The notes beneath the pieces were generated by a model, which worked only from the letters and a program-made list of their open reading frames with translations, made no database searches and had not been told where the DNA came from. This document shows, piece by piece, positions 1 through 8,955 of a DNA stretch of 14,522 nt. Position numbers and translations under genes: made by a program. The stretch lies in NCBI GenBank assembly GCA_043228905.1, contig JBHGNT010000864.1:1-14522 (forward strand), written 5' to 3'. Source of the DNA: Azolla caroliniana (taxonomy: Eukaryota; Plantae; Polypodiophyta). The stretch's first letter is position 1; each line of letters begins with the position of its first letter.

Positions 1-547
1 AGCCGGATGATGCAGACCCGGTGAGGACCGGATGCAGAGTACCCGGCTACGGAGAGCCGGATGGCGTAGACCCGGTGAGGAATGCTCTCCGGATGAAGAG
101 ACATATTTGTAAATATGTTTTCTGAAGAGCCCACCGTGGCTATATTTGTAAATAGCCGAAAAGTCATATTAGTATAAATATGACTTAGGGCAAACTTTTA
201 GTGTGTGTTGTCATTCTTGTTGAAAAAGTATAGAGAGAGCGCGTAACCGTGTACAGAGAGAGAGAGAGAGAAAGAGGTCGTTGCCTCTGCTGTAACCGCC
301 GCCTGTGGCGAAGATCTGTGAGCACGAGGTCGTTGCCTTAGTGAACTCACTGTTGTACATTCTTACATAGTGACAGTTTGCAGCTTGTGGGCTGCCATGG
401 TTTTTCCCCTAGTTTGGGGTTTTCCACGTAAACCTCCTTTGTATCTTCCTCTTCTTTGTGTCGTGTTTTATTTCCCATTTTTCTGTGTATCATTCTAAGC
501 TCGGTTGTGGCCGAGCGTTGTGCATAAGGAGCGTTGAGTTCCCGTCA
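1..547 (+). repeat. 5' LTR (partial)
   Basis: Near-identical to 7316-7866: 13 substitutions counted by eye plus (AG)8 vs (AG)10. Ends ...TTCCCGTCA, 2 nt before the PBS. Confidence 0.97.
173..180 (+). promoter_or_regulatory. LTR TATA box (second copy at 7488-7495)
   Basis: TATAAATA at the expected U3 position in both LTRs. Confidence 0.7.
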
Positions 548-549
548 AG

Positions 550-561
550 TGGTATCAGAGC
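550..561 (+). other. Primer binding site, initiator tRNA-Met
   Basis: TGGTATCAGAGC directly after LTR-terminal CA plus AG. Confidence 0.95.
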
Positions 562-577
562 GAAATTGACACAGAAA

Positions 578-2383
578 ATGGACGAATCGTTTGGCGGCAT
601 GTTCAAGCTCACCAGCTCCAACTATTGAGTGTGGAAGTGGAAGATGAGGGACATGCTCGTGGTTAAAGATCTTTGGCTACCGGTTCAGTTCGGGGACAAG
701 AGACCGGACAAGATCGACGCCACAATATGGGAGGTGATGCACATGAAGACAACGGCGTACATACGGTGCTTCATCGACATGAGCCTATACAACAACTTCA
801 ATGAAGAGAGCAAGGCTCATGAGCTCTGGGAGAAGATCGGCATAATGTTTCAGAACAAAAATGTTGTTAATCAACTGTCGGTATTCCGGAAGGTAGTAAG
901 ACTCCAGTACCAAGATGGCTCCAGCATGGCGGAGCACATGAATGCCTTCTAGGGGCTGATCCACCAGGCAACTTCATTGGAAGTACCTCTCGCAGATGAG
1001 GTACTAGCGCTACTCCTGCTCGGTTCCCTCTCGGATAGCTGGGAATCATTGGTTTTCACTTTGGGCAACGCCGGGCCGGAAGGAAAACGATTATCCCTAA
1101 CAAGAGTGAAGTCGAGCCTGCTAGATGAGGAGGCGCGTCGGAAAGATAAGGATACGAGCTCCGACTCCAAAGCGCTCCTTACCGAATCGGAACACGGAAG
1201 ACATAGAAACCGTAGTCCCCAGAACCGGGAGAAGTCAGGGACACGGTCAAAGTCAAGGGGGAGGCCTACTTGCTTCTATTGCGGCAAGCCGGGACACTTC
1301 CAAAAGAACTGTCGGCATTTTCGAAAAGATAAGGAGACCGACGGTACCGATTCGAAGCAGACCCCGGACCGGAATGGTAAAGACCAGAGGGGGCCGGACC
1401 GGAAGGGGACGACGGCAATCGCGGCAAGTGAAGAAGAGTTGATGCTCATCACCGAGGAGAGTGAGATAAATCTTGCCGGCGACGAGATGACCTGGGTGGT
1501 AGACTCCGGAGCGTCGTTCCACCTTACCCCGGACCGGAAATGCTTCTCATTCTACTCAGCCGGTGATCACGGTTGTGTCCGGATGGGGAATGAAGGTACA
1601 TGCCGAATTGTCGGCATAGGAGACGTGTGGCTGACATCACCTACCGGATGCAAATTGCTGCTGAAGGATGTCCGACACGTTCCGGAGGTTCGTCTGAACC
1701 TGATATCAGCCGGTTGGCTAGATGATGAGGGTTACACGGGTAGCATCCGAAACGGAGTCATGAAGTTCAGCCGGAAGGTAAACACATTGTACCTGATGAA
1801 TGCCCGGTTATGTCCGGAAGAAGTGAACGTGGCATCCGACATTGCCGGTGAGTTGTGGCACAAGAGACTGTGTCATATGAGCGAGAAGGGGATGAAGAGG
1901 CTTGCAGATGACAACCTCATTCCAGTGAAGAACGTGCACTTAGAGAAGTGCACTGATTGTCTGGCCGGTAAGCAGAACCGGACCTCTTTCCGACCAAGGC
2001 CACCGATGAGACGTAATGCACCACTAGAGTTGGTGCATACGGATGTGTGTCAAGTAGACACGAAGTCACATGCCAGAGCGCAGTACTTCGTGACATTTAT
2101 AGATGACCACAGCTGGAAGCTGTGGGCCACACCGTTGAAGACGAAGGATCAGGTGATATCCGTCTTCAAAGAGCTCCACGCAAGAGTGGAAAGAGAAACC
2201 GGCCGGAAGCTGAAGGCGGTTCGAGCAGATAACGGAGGAGAGTACCGGGGGCAATTCGAGGAGTACTGCCGCTCGAAGGGAATCCGGCTCGAATTTACCG
2301 TGCCGAAGACGCTGGAACTAAACGGACTAGCCGAGAGGATGAACCGGACCATAATGGAGAGGGTCCGGAGTATGCTAGCGCAC
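578..2383 (+). pseudogene. gag-pol 5' part: Gag, zinc knuckle, aspartic protease, integrase core
   Basis: One reading frame from ATG 578 with in-frame stops at 626-628 (TGA) and 950-952 (TAG, probably from CAG). CCHC CFYCGKPGHFQKNC at 1271-1312. Protease WVVDSGASFH (DSGA 1502-1513). HHCC LWHKRLCH...CTDC. Integrase D-D-E in HTDVC / RADNGGEY / NGLAER. Homology stops after RSMLAH. Confidence 0.95.
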
Positions 2384-4000
2384 TATTGCCATGATTACCT
2401 CGTCCATGTTGGTCATTAAACAACAGATATACATTTTTGGGAATGATTTCCTTCACCTAACATTCAAATGCATCATTTTCTTATATGACATCATTTCATG
2501 GGTCCATATACAATGGAAGTTTGCATTATCACAAACGATACAAAACATTCCATAATAAATGTTTATCAATGCATAGTATGGAAGCATTTGATCAACTAAA
2601 TGTTGGCATCAATATAATGTCACAAAATCCTAGTCATCAACCACATATCTAAGGCAAATGACAACCTAGTCAGTAGTACTCATTTTGCCAAATCTCAAAG
2701 AATGTAGGATTTGCAACATTTAAACGAAAAGAAGCTAATCTTGATTTACTTCTAAAGTTTTGTTTTCTTGTTCATTCAATGATGACTTTCAAAGCAAGAA
2801 TGGAAAAATGAAAGAGGAAGTTACTTCAAATGAAGTGAATTGCAACTTGATAATCCAAAGGATACATCATACATTCATGATCTTTTTAAAGGGAGAATAA
2901 GATGAATTAAGCTGACATTTTTTGGTACTTTCATAATTATTCCTTGATTAGGAGAGTTGTTGAAGAATTTATAAATTAATGATATTGTCTTAATCAATAA
3001 AACAAAAGTCAATGCTCTTTGTGCATATAAAAAGTGCATTCGAGTTGGTTTTTCTTGCCTTTTTAGGGCAGTAATCAGCTATATCAAGACATTCACTTAG
3101 CTGATTTGATTTTTTCAAATAAAAGAGAAATCAAGCTAACACATCCTAGGACATGAACATTGCAAACGAGAAATGTTTTGGTAAGTTGTTTTTTTGGCAT
3201 GTGTAAGAAATAAACCTTCACAAGTCCTATGGTGGTCACTTGTACATCCGCACGGGGTATTGTTGATTCACCTCACAAACACCGTTTGAATTAATGGAGT
3301 TGTCTTCAAGGAATTTCCGTAAGGAGGTGCATGAATTCATAATCTTATTTAGTGATTTTCTAAGGTGTATTGGTGCAAATCATCGACATTATAATTGAAA
3401 ACGCCAAAAGGTTGTTCAACCCAGTTTATGCCTTCTAACCCTAACTTGAAAAAACCAAAACAACATAGATATATAAGTGTGTATTAGTCTTCCAAAAGTC
3501 TTTTTTAGCGATTTGTTGTACAGTAAGGAAAACTATATACAATCTAAACTTTCTTTTGGCATCATGTTCATATATGCTTAGCAAAAGGAAACAAAGAACC
3601 ATGAGTGAAACAAAGATGTCATACCTCTCCACTCATGAAGTCTTTGTAAGCTACATACATAGATGACTAGCTCCATATCTTGTTAAAAACAACCAAGAAA
3701 AGAAGGAAACACTTGCATTAGAGAAAGTATATCAGTTTTGGTTGAAGATGCCTTTATTATCACCTAAACTATCCCACAAAACAACTCTATTGTTGAATGT
3801 TGAGATAGATGCATTGAAGTCTAACCACACCCCCTCCCCCAAATTGTTATGTGCACATACATAAGCTTGGGTAGGAATCGAAATATAAGAATTCATCGAG
3901 ATGAAAATGGCCTTATTTCTTACCAAAACCAAGGTGTTTTCAATCAAGGTTATCCGACTCCTCCATAACGCATGGATTTTTTGTGATGGTCGGAGAATGT
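2384..4000 (-). pseudogene. Putative heavily decayed KDZ/CxC-type (Zisupton-like) transposase fragment
   Basis: Manual minus-strand translation across frameshifts and stops gives, in collinear order: GIFNQN (3735-3752), YSFPYC (3520-3537), TLIY (3469-3480), FIFPFL (2795-2812), CCKSY (2704-2718), VVICLR (2648-2665), LGF (2625-2633), PYYAL (2567-2581), IVCDNANFH (2513-2539), HGRGNH near 2390-2410. Matched to remembered family motifs only; no search was run. Confidence 0.4.
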
Positions 4001-4529
4001 TCTATATCTACAGCACATCATCGTGTCCCAACATCAACAAAGATTCGATATGGATAATGTTAGTATGCCTCTCACATAAAATCAACGTGTATGCAAATAA
4101 CAAATGAAGATAGAATGAAAGGTCAAGTGAAAGGGTTTGGAAAATGATTCAGATGAGAAAAGGATGAATCAACATAATTGGATCAATATTACATGTTGTG
4201 ATTGACAAGAAAGAAAATCGTGAAGTGGAAACTCGATATACAAATTGTTGAGATGTCAACACCGAGGGGAAAAGAGCATTCTTTAGTTTTATTTGATTTT
4301 TACCTTGAATGGATATGTGAAAGGAGGAGGGCTTTCCATCTGCATTTGTAATGACAAGTTTAGCTGAAATTTCAGAAAAAGCTGAATAAGGTAAGGAAAT
4401 GTATATGCAGTCTACAAGGACAAAAAAATGTAAGAAATGTAAAAGGTAAAGGTATCAGAAGAAAAAAAAGATGAATACAGAAGAAGGCATCTTCCCAAAA
4501 TACGAGATGAAAGATCGATCCAAAAACAC

Positions 4530-4935
4530 CATAGCTCCACATTCCCTCTCCTTGTATAATCACATCCTATCCTTGAGCTCCACCATTTTTCCAGAATATA
4601 TGTATGGCACAAAACCTGTTGAACATGTTCAGTTAGTCAATGCCAATGAAACCATGGCGCCACAAACCTCTCTTGTACAAATGAGAATGAATTATTGCTC
4701 TTGAGCTCCACCCTCCAGAATTTTATGGATGGCACAAAACCTCTTTTTTACATGGTTAGTGCTGAGAAAACCATGGCTCTACATTTTCCTGCTCGTAGAT
4801 AAATGCGAAGGAATTAGTGCCCTTGAGTTCAACCATCCATGGCATGTATGACAGAACACCTATTTCACATGTAATCAGCTAATGCTGAGTGAATGAGAAT
4901 GAACTACTACTGCCTTTGAGCTCAACCCTCCAGAA
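4530..4935. repeat. Degenerate ~95-130-bp tandem repeat, about 4 units
   Basis: Core resembling TTGAGCTCCACCCTCCAGAA at 4573, 4701, 4823 and 4916. ATGGCACAAAACCT at 4604 and 4729. AATGAGAATGAA at ~4680 and 4892. Confidence 0.8.
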
Positions 4936-4939
4936 ATAA

Positions 4940-7150
4940 AAACTACCCAAGAAGTTTTGGGCTGAGGCACTGTCGACGGCGACATACGTGATAAATAGAT
5001 CACCCTCAGTACCCTTGGACGGAGACACGCCACAGAGAGTATGGACCGGTAAGGAAGTGTCCTACCGGCATCTGGAGGTGTTCGGGTGTCTCGCGTACAT
5101 GCATGTAGCAAAGGACCGGAGAGGAAAGTTAGACCCAAAGACCCGGCCATGCATATTCCTCGGTTACGGTGACGATGAGTTCGACTACCGAGTGTGGGAC
5201 CTGATCGACAAGAAGGTATTCCGGAGTCGAGATATTATGTTCATGGAGGACAAGACGCTCGCCGACTGGGAGTCAGAGAAGAAGATAATGAACTCTGAGT
5301 CGACCGGTAAGGATCGACTCTACGATGAGCAGACCCAACCGGCGAGAGACCGGTTAGCACTCGAAGAACCAGCCAGATACGGTGAGGATACCGAACCGGC
5401 AAAAGAAGAAGTAGAGGAAGCTGAGACCGGAACCGGCCTAGACCCCGAATTGGATTCGGATGAAGAGCAAATGGAGGAGCCAGCTACTGAAGCCCAAAGA
5501 CGGAGATATCCTCTCAGAGAGAGAAGGGCCCCCCGGAGATTTCCGGATGCAGAGCACGTTCTGCTGACCGATGAGGGGGAGCCGGAAAGCTTCAAAGAAG
5601 CGAAGGATGACACCCACAGCCGAAAATGGTTAAGTGCCATGCAGGACGAGATGGATTCCCTGCATGAGAACCATACGTACGAATTGGTGGAGTTGCCGAA
5701 AGGAAAGCGGGCACTCCGAAACAAGTGGGTGTACAAGTTTAAACTGGGAGATGCCGGCAACCCCCCGAGATACAAAGCCAGGATCGTGGTGAAGGGGTTC
5801 CAGCAGAAGAAGGGCGTGGACTTCAATGCGATATTTGCCCCGGTAGTAAAGATGACCTCCATCCGGACGGTGCTGAGTATAGCGGCAAGCATGGACCTTG
5901 AGGTAGAGCAGCTGGACGTGAAGACGACATTCCTTCACAGCGACCTCGAAGAGGAGATCTACATGCAGCAACCGGAGGGATTTGTGGAGAAAGGGAAGGA
6001 GCACCTGGTATGCTGGTTGAAGAAGAGCCTCTACGGGTTGAAGCAGGCCCCCCGGCAATGGTACCGGAAGTTCGATTCCTTCATGACCGATCAAGGGTAC
6101 CACAAGACGCAGGCCGATCACTGCGTGTTTCTGAAGAAGTTTGAAGGAGGCGATTTCCTGATACTCCTTCTGTACGTGGATGACATGTTGATCGTCGGAC
6201 GTGACCAAGTCAAAATACGGATGCTGAAGAAGGCTCTCAACCGGACCTTCTCAATGAAAGACTTGGGTCCGGCAAAGCAAATGCTGGGGATGCACATCAT
6301 CCGGAACCGGTTAGCGAAGCAATTATGGCTATCACAGGAGAAGTACGTGACAAAGGTGCTTCACCGGTTCAACATGTCAGATGCGAAACCGGTCGGATCG
6401 ACACTTCCGGCAAACTGCAAGCTATCCGGTAAGCAAAGCCCAAAGACGAAAGCAGAGAAGGCGGATATGATGAAGATTCCATATGCCTCTGCCGTCGGGA
6501 GCTTGATGTACGCAATGGTGTGTACCCGACCAGACATAGGATACGCAGTCGGAGTGGTGAGCCGGTTTATGAGCAATCCCGGCAAGGAGCACTGGAACGC
6601 GGTCAAATGGATACTCTGGTATTTGAAGGGCACTTCAAATATGTGTCTCCGATTCGGCTCAGGAAAACCTCAACTGGACGGTTTCACCGATTCGGACATG
6701 TCGGCTGATGTGGATACCAGCCGGTCTACATCTGGGTATGTAATGACATATGCAGGGGGAGCTGTTTCGTGGCAGTCGAGGCTGCAGAAGACGGTTGCAT
6801 TGTCAACCACGGAGGCGGAGTACATGGCGGCTGTGGAAGCCGGCAAGGAAATATTATGGATGAAGGACTTCATCGGAGAGCTCGGTATCCGGCAAGAGGA
6901 ATACCGACTCTATTGCGACAGTCAAAGTGCCATCCACCTTGCTAAGAATGCGGCCTACCATTCCCGGACGAAGCATATCCAGCGGAGGTATCACTGGATT
7001 CGGGAAAGAGTAGACGACCAGGAGTTTGCACTGACGAAGATCCACACGGCCGAGAACGGGTCAGATATGCTGACCAAAGTGCTGACACCCGACAAGCTGG
7101 ACGCATGCCGGAAGCGGATCGGACTGGTAAGACACCCCATGCCGGAGTGA
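4940..7150 (+). pseudogene. pol 3' part: integrase C-terminus, reverse transcriptase, RNase H
   Basis: Open frame containing FWAEA, VFGC, GKLDPK, WVYKFK, YKARIVVKGF, QLDVKT, LYGLKQAPRQWY, YVDD (6173-6184), TRPDI, FTDSD, STTEAEY, CDSQSAI and SDMLTK. Several conserved residues appear mutated (for example WILWYLK, FLHSDL). Confidence 0.96.
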
Positions 7151-7158
7151 AGGGGGAG
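7149..7158 (+). other. Polypurine tract
   Basis: GAAGGGGGAG overlapping the pol stop codon, 2 nt before the 3' LTR. Confidence 0.9.
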
Positions 7159-7160
7159 CT

Positions 7161-7866
7161 TTTTGGGAGACAGGTCCCTCCGGATGGGAAGAGAAAAGAA
7201 CAGTGCTGATGAACAAACTCGGCTGAGGCCGAAACCGTATGAGGAGTACCCGGCTACGAAGAGCCGGATGATGCAGACCCGGTGAAGACCGGATGAGGAG
7301 TACCCGGCTACGGAGAGCCGGATGATGCAGACCCGGTGAGGACCGGATGAGGAGTACTCGGCTACGGAGAGCCGGATGGCGCAGACCCGGTGAGGAATGC
7401 TCTCCGGATGAAGAGACATATTCGTAAATATGTTTTCTGAAGAGCCCACCGTGGCTATATTTGTAAATAGCCGAAAAGTCATATTAGTATAAATATGACT
7501 TAGGGCAAACTTTTAGTGTGTGTTGTCATTCTTGTTGAAAAAGTATAGAGAGAGCGCGTAACCGTGTACAGAGAGAGAGAGAGAGAGAGAAAGAGGTCGT
7601 TGCCTCTGTTGTAACCGCCGCCTGTGGCGAAGATCTGTGAGCACGAGATCGTTGCCTCAGTGAACTCACTGTTGTACATTCTTACATAGTGACAGTTTGC
7701 AGCCTGTGGGCTGCCGTGGTTTTTCCCCTAGTTTGGGGTTTTCCACATAAACCTCCTGTGTATCTTCCTCTTCTTTGTGTCGTGTTTTATTTCCCATTTT
7801 TCTGTGTATCATTCTAAGCTCGGTTGTGGCCGAGCGTTGTGCATAAGGAGCGTTGAGTTCCCGTTA
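7161..7866 (+). repeat. 3' LTR (706 bp)
   Basis: Matches 1-547 from 7316 onward. The start is inferred from PPT spacing and partial terminal inverted repeat (TtTTGGGA...TCCCGTtA). Both terminal dinucleotides are non-canonical (TT, TA). Confidence 0.93.
7231..7396 (+). repeat. 54-bp tandem repeat (about 3 copies) in LTR U3
   Basis: GAGGAGTAC starts at 7241, 7295 and 7349. A partial array is also present at 1-81. Confidence 0.93.
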
Positions 7867-8316
7867 GCCGGCAAGCTCGAAAAGAGGGCAAGGGCTTTAA
7901 CTTGTTCTTCGAAGTTAATCCCTTGGGAGGAGTTCAGATAACACCCAATTGAAGGTGTTACTGTCGAAGGTTGCCAAATCTGTCTCTCTCATCTTCATGT
8001 TGAATAACTGTCGAATTAGTATCAACTTTAATGAGGATTTCATCTCATACACCGCCTCTAGTTTCTCCCACAAAGAGAATGCAATCATCTCCTTTGCCAA
8101 ACTGAAATAGATGTTTTCGGCCAGGTGTATTGGAATTGTCTATTTGGCTATCTCGTCCATAGATCGCCATTCTTCAACAGACATTGACGTAGTGTTCCGA
8201 ATAGATTCAATCTGTTGTTGGATGATGAGGACATCCTGCATCATTTCCTTCCAAAGGGCGAAGTTCTTCCCGTTGAACTTCCAGATTTTCACACTCGTGT
8301 CAGACTGTGTCGCTAT
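7867..8316 (-). pseudogene. Degenerate copia Gag N-terminus
   Basis: Minus translation (start ATA at 8316): ATQSDTSVKIWKFNGKNFALWKEMMQDVL...WRSMDEIAK*TI...LWEKLEAVY...LIRQLFNMKM...VLSEL, then a frameshift into SQGINFEEQVKALALFSSLP. Confidence 0.88.
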
Positions 8317-8419
8317 TCTTTTACTGGAAGTAGATGTTGTTGACCTCGTCTTTTTCTCTCACGTGGATGACTTCTCTTCTTAGTTTTCTGCAATTCGTTG
8401 TCACTGGACGGCAAGGTCA

Positions 8420-8430
8420 CTCTGATACCA
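8420..8430 (-). other. Primer binding site (tRNA-iMet) of older element
   Basis: Plus-strand CTCTGATACCA equals TGGTATCAGAG on the minus strand. Confidence 0.9.
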
Positions 8431-8432
8431 CT

Positions 8433-8760
8433 TGTTGAAATATGTTAGATGAAGAATATAATAACGACCCGCAATGTAAGATGTGTACACCAAACAACAC
8501 AGATATGCAACAACAACAAGAAGAAAGGTAGAAGATAGACACAGATTAAGCTTCAATGGAAGTTCTCTCTTATTCTCTTCTCAATAACTCTTTTTACTCC
8601 AAGAACATCTTTACAGTGTTAGGTTTGAGCTTATATACAAAAGCCCTAACTAGAGAATGTGTTCACACTAAGGATACAAAGTGGAAGGAGTCAGCCTTTT
8701 ATGCCAACACAAGCTTGTCATCCATCTTGTCTTTGGATGAAATCATCTTCTTCTCTGACA
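8433..8760 (-). repeat. 5' LTR of older copia element (outer boundary uncertain)
   Basis: Begins TGTTGAAA at 8433 next to the PBS. Minus-strand TATATAAG at 8630-8637. Candidate outer ends are CAACA at 8709 or TGACA at 8760. No partner LTR in the window. Confidence 0.6.
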
Positions 8761-8821
8761 ATGAAGAGGAGAACATGCCTCATGTGTGTCGTGTATTGAA
8801 GCACCTCGGTGAGGCATAACG

Positions 8822-8955
8822 ATTGGTTTTCCACATATTATTATCAAGAGGGTTACATCACTTGTGTTTGTTGTTTTTCCATATACTATTAAGAGGACTA
8901 CATGCCTTGTGGTCTATTGGTTTTCCACATACTATCAAGAAGGCCAGATACTTGT
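8822..8955. repeat. Degenerate ~47-bp tandem repeat, 3 copies
   Basis: Units resembling TTGGTTTTCCACATACTATCAAGAG at about 8822, 8871 and 8916. Confidence 0.7.

Larger units (their letters stand above)
2384..4939. other. Foreign ~2.55-kb AT-rich insertion within integrase
   Basis: Copia coding ends ...ATG CTA GCG CAC (2383) and resumes AAA CTA CCC AAG AAG TTT TGG GCT GAG (4940; KLPKKFWAE). About one codon of the expected MLAHAKLP is missing. Composition shifts abruptly to AT-rich, CG-poor sequence. Confidence 0.92.
1..7866 (+). mobile_element. Ty1/copia LTR retrotransposon (Tto1/Tnt1-like, Tork type), non-functional, 5' end outside window
   Basis: Paired LTRs (1-547 matches 7316-7866), PBS at 550-561, PPT at 7149-7158, and copia domain order gag-CCHC-PR-INT-RT-RNaseH. 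Lineage inferred from the gag start (MFKLTSSNY-VWKWKMRDML) and RNaseH end (IHTAENGSDMLTK), both resembling Tto1 as I recall it. Confidence 0.97.
7867..8760 (-). mobile_element. Older copia element, 5' portion (LTR, PBS, truncated gag), interrupted by the younger element
   Basis: Minus-strand LTR end ...TTCAACA, then AG, then TGGTATCAGAG, then a degenerate gag that is cut at 7867. Confidence 0.88.

Noticed and set aside
1358-1413. Short duplication QTPDRNGKD / QRGPDRKGT after the zinc knuckle
   Set aside because: Real, but ordinary variation in the variable Gag-protease linker.
2381-2390. CACTA at the left insert junction, suggesting an En/Spm (CACTA) transposon
   Set aside because: CAC is the expected His codon of the integrase. 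There is no TAGTG or 3-bp TSD at the right junction, and the TAGTG hits at 4757 and 4815 are internal to the repeats.
2384-4939. Insert as a spliceosomal intron, since both pol halves are in the same phase
   Set aside because: No GT...AG at the boundaries. A minus-strand CT...AC excision would frameshift pol.
2382-4945. ACTA as a 4-bp target-site duplication
   Set aside because: Collapsing it gives a frameshifted integrase lacking the expected AK residues, so it is more likely microhomology or chance.
5320-6208. Antisense ORFs of 190 and 192 aa
   Set aside because: Shadow frames of the GC-rich pol with no recognisable domains.
7231-7396. CRISPR-like periodic repeats
   Set aside because: Contiguous tandem units without unique spacers, in a eukaryotic LTR.
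6991-7482. 163-aa minus-strand ORF with 18-aa repeats
   Set aside because: Translation of the 54-bp LTR tandem array; no evidence of coding function.
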